Shown: positions 33,356 through 34,536 of the stretch, in pieces
Layout: each line of letters opens with the position of its first letter
Position numbering within the stretch: position 1 is the stretch's first letter
IMG/VR virus record: IMGVR_UViG_3300025652_000245
Location: 1-34,536 of that record
DNA length: 34,536 nt
Direction: 5' to 3' (one strand)
From: a virus
Taxonomy: Duplodnaviria > Caudoviricetes
Made by a program: the position numbers and the translations under genes
The notes under the pieces: generated by a model
The model's input: the letters and a program-made list of their open reading frames with translations, nothing else
What the model was told of the DNA's origin: nothing
Databases searched by the model: none

Positions 33356-34536
33356 CTATGTCATCCGGTTTTGCGGCAGATTACCCTGTATTAAATCGTG
33401 GTCAACATCCCTGTCATCTGTTGCGCCCATAACAACCGGCACATCATCAAGCTCCAACCCTGAATCATCAGAATCAAGCTCCTCTCTGATTTCTTCATCT
33501 GTTTTGGATGGGTCAATATATTCTGCAGCCCGCAACCGTTGCCAAAAGTCTGTTTTTGGTAGATGTCCACTCTGAACCGCTGCAATCCATGCTGTGATGT
33601 CCTGTGCAGACATTTCTTGGTTTGACAGGTCTTGATTCAGTGAGAATTCAACCTCACCTGTAATATTCATAAATTCTACAGCCCAGCCCAAGGCTTTTTG
33701 ATAAGCTGATGCAACATTGGCAGCAGCCAACGACAACACAGAATGCTGCACGCTTTGATCGCCAGCGGCCTCTGTTGCTGTCTTAGCAACCGATCCAGGC
33801 TGTACAACTCTTGCCCCCAGCCCCACCATCTGATCTTGCTTTTGATCCATTGCCTCTTTTGCCATTGTATTTGGCTGTGCCTGCTCCATTCCAAATGAAC
33901 CGCCTGCAGGCAATAGAATTGGTGCGCGTGATCCAATAAAAATACCCGTTTCTTGCATCCAATCACGCCATTCTTCTGAAAGTCCAGACATCCACGGTTG
34001 CACTTGGCCGCAAAAATATACCGAATCTTCATAATCAGCAGAGTTGCGATAATGAGCAATATTTACTTCAGCCATGTCATACAGTGGCGATGGGTCAATG
34101 GTCGCGTCATTATTATTGGCACCGACAAAGGTGAATGGAATTTCAGACCACGAGCCGCCGCTGCCATTTAATATGATTATTGGCTCCTCAAATAAAACCC
34201 ACTCTTTTTTATTCTTTCTATAAATCTCTTGAGTATAAACGCCGCCCTCTAGCCGCAACACCCTATACTGATCAATGACATCAACACCAAAGCCACTGGC
34301 CTCAGATACTGACTCCTTAAACACCAGCAACACAAGTTTGTAAACTGCCCCAATCTTCTCAATGCGCCAATTAACAATATTGGCTGCATCAATTAGCAGG
34401 ATGTTGGCGCGCACCTTGCCGCTGACCTGATCGGCCTTTGATGTTGCGCCCTGAACTTTGGGGTAGTCTGTCAACAATCCTGAACGCCCACATTTTAAAA
34501 TCTTTGATAGGCAGCTACGCGCTTGCTGCTCGATAG
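33356..34536 (-). CDS. Portal protein (DUF4055 family), 5'-truncated
   Basis: GRSGLLTDYP, IPFTFVG, PLYDMAEVNIAHYRNSADYE; frame open to the window edge. Confidence 0.9.
   Translation of the reverse strand, partial: IEQQARSCLSKILKCGRSGLLTDYPKVQGATSKADQVSGKVRANILLIDAANIVNWRIEKIGAVYKLVLLVFKESVSEASGFGVDVIDQYRVLRLEGGVYTQEIYRKNKKEWVLFEEPIIILNGSGGSWSEIPFTFVGANNNDATIDPSPLYDMAEVNIAHYRNSADYEDSVYFCGQVQPWMSGLSEEWRDWMQETGIFIGSRAPILLPAGGSFGMEQAQPNTMAKEAMDQKQDQMVGLGARVVQPGSVAKTATEAAGDQSVQHSVLSLAAANVASAYQKALGWAVEFMNITGEVEFSLNQDLSNQEMSAQDITAWIAAVQSGHLPKTDFWQRLRAAEYIDPSKTDEEIREELDSDDSGLELDDVPVVMGATDDRDVDHDLIQGNLPQNRMT

Noticed and set aside
1-34536. Alternative genetic code
   Set aside because: Core genes are intact under the standard code and all three stop codons end genes.

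Overview
Most of a tailed dsDNA phage genome (siphovirus layout; sigma70 promoters and gene families suggest a proteobacterial host). The window starts inside an M15-type endolysin and ends inside the portal gene, so the missing part probably holds the terminase. Minus strand 1-12.7 kb: lysis genes, arrays of small accessory ORFs, a DUF3310 protein, an HTH-metallophosphoesterase, RuvC-like, DUF1364 and NinB-like genes, and a replication initiator with a likely loader. A divergent control region at 12.68-12.95 kb contains tandem repeats resembling an origin. Plus strand 12.9-18.3 kb: acidic protein, pentapeptide-repeat protein, ERF, SSB and small membrane proteins. Minus strand 18.4-34.5 kb: GTA-like tail tip, tape measure, frameshifted tail chaperone, tail tube, connectors, capsid, scaffold, minor head protein and portal. 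No integrase, CI or Q was recognised. Most unusual: (1) a ~200-bp-period array of unrelated mini-genes joined by seven copies of TAAC(C)CAGAGGTAACGAATGATG; (2) a gene bracketed by two ~50-bp attC-like hairpins with reciprocal core sites, like an integron cassette; (3) an origin apparently moved out of the initiator gene; (4) a duplicated initiator start around an HNH-like remnant. All product calls come from motif recognition only, with no database search.
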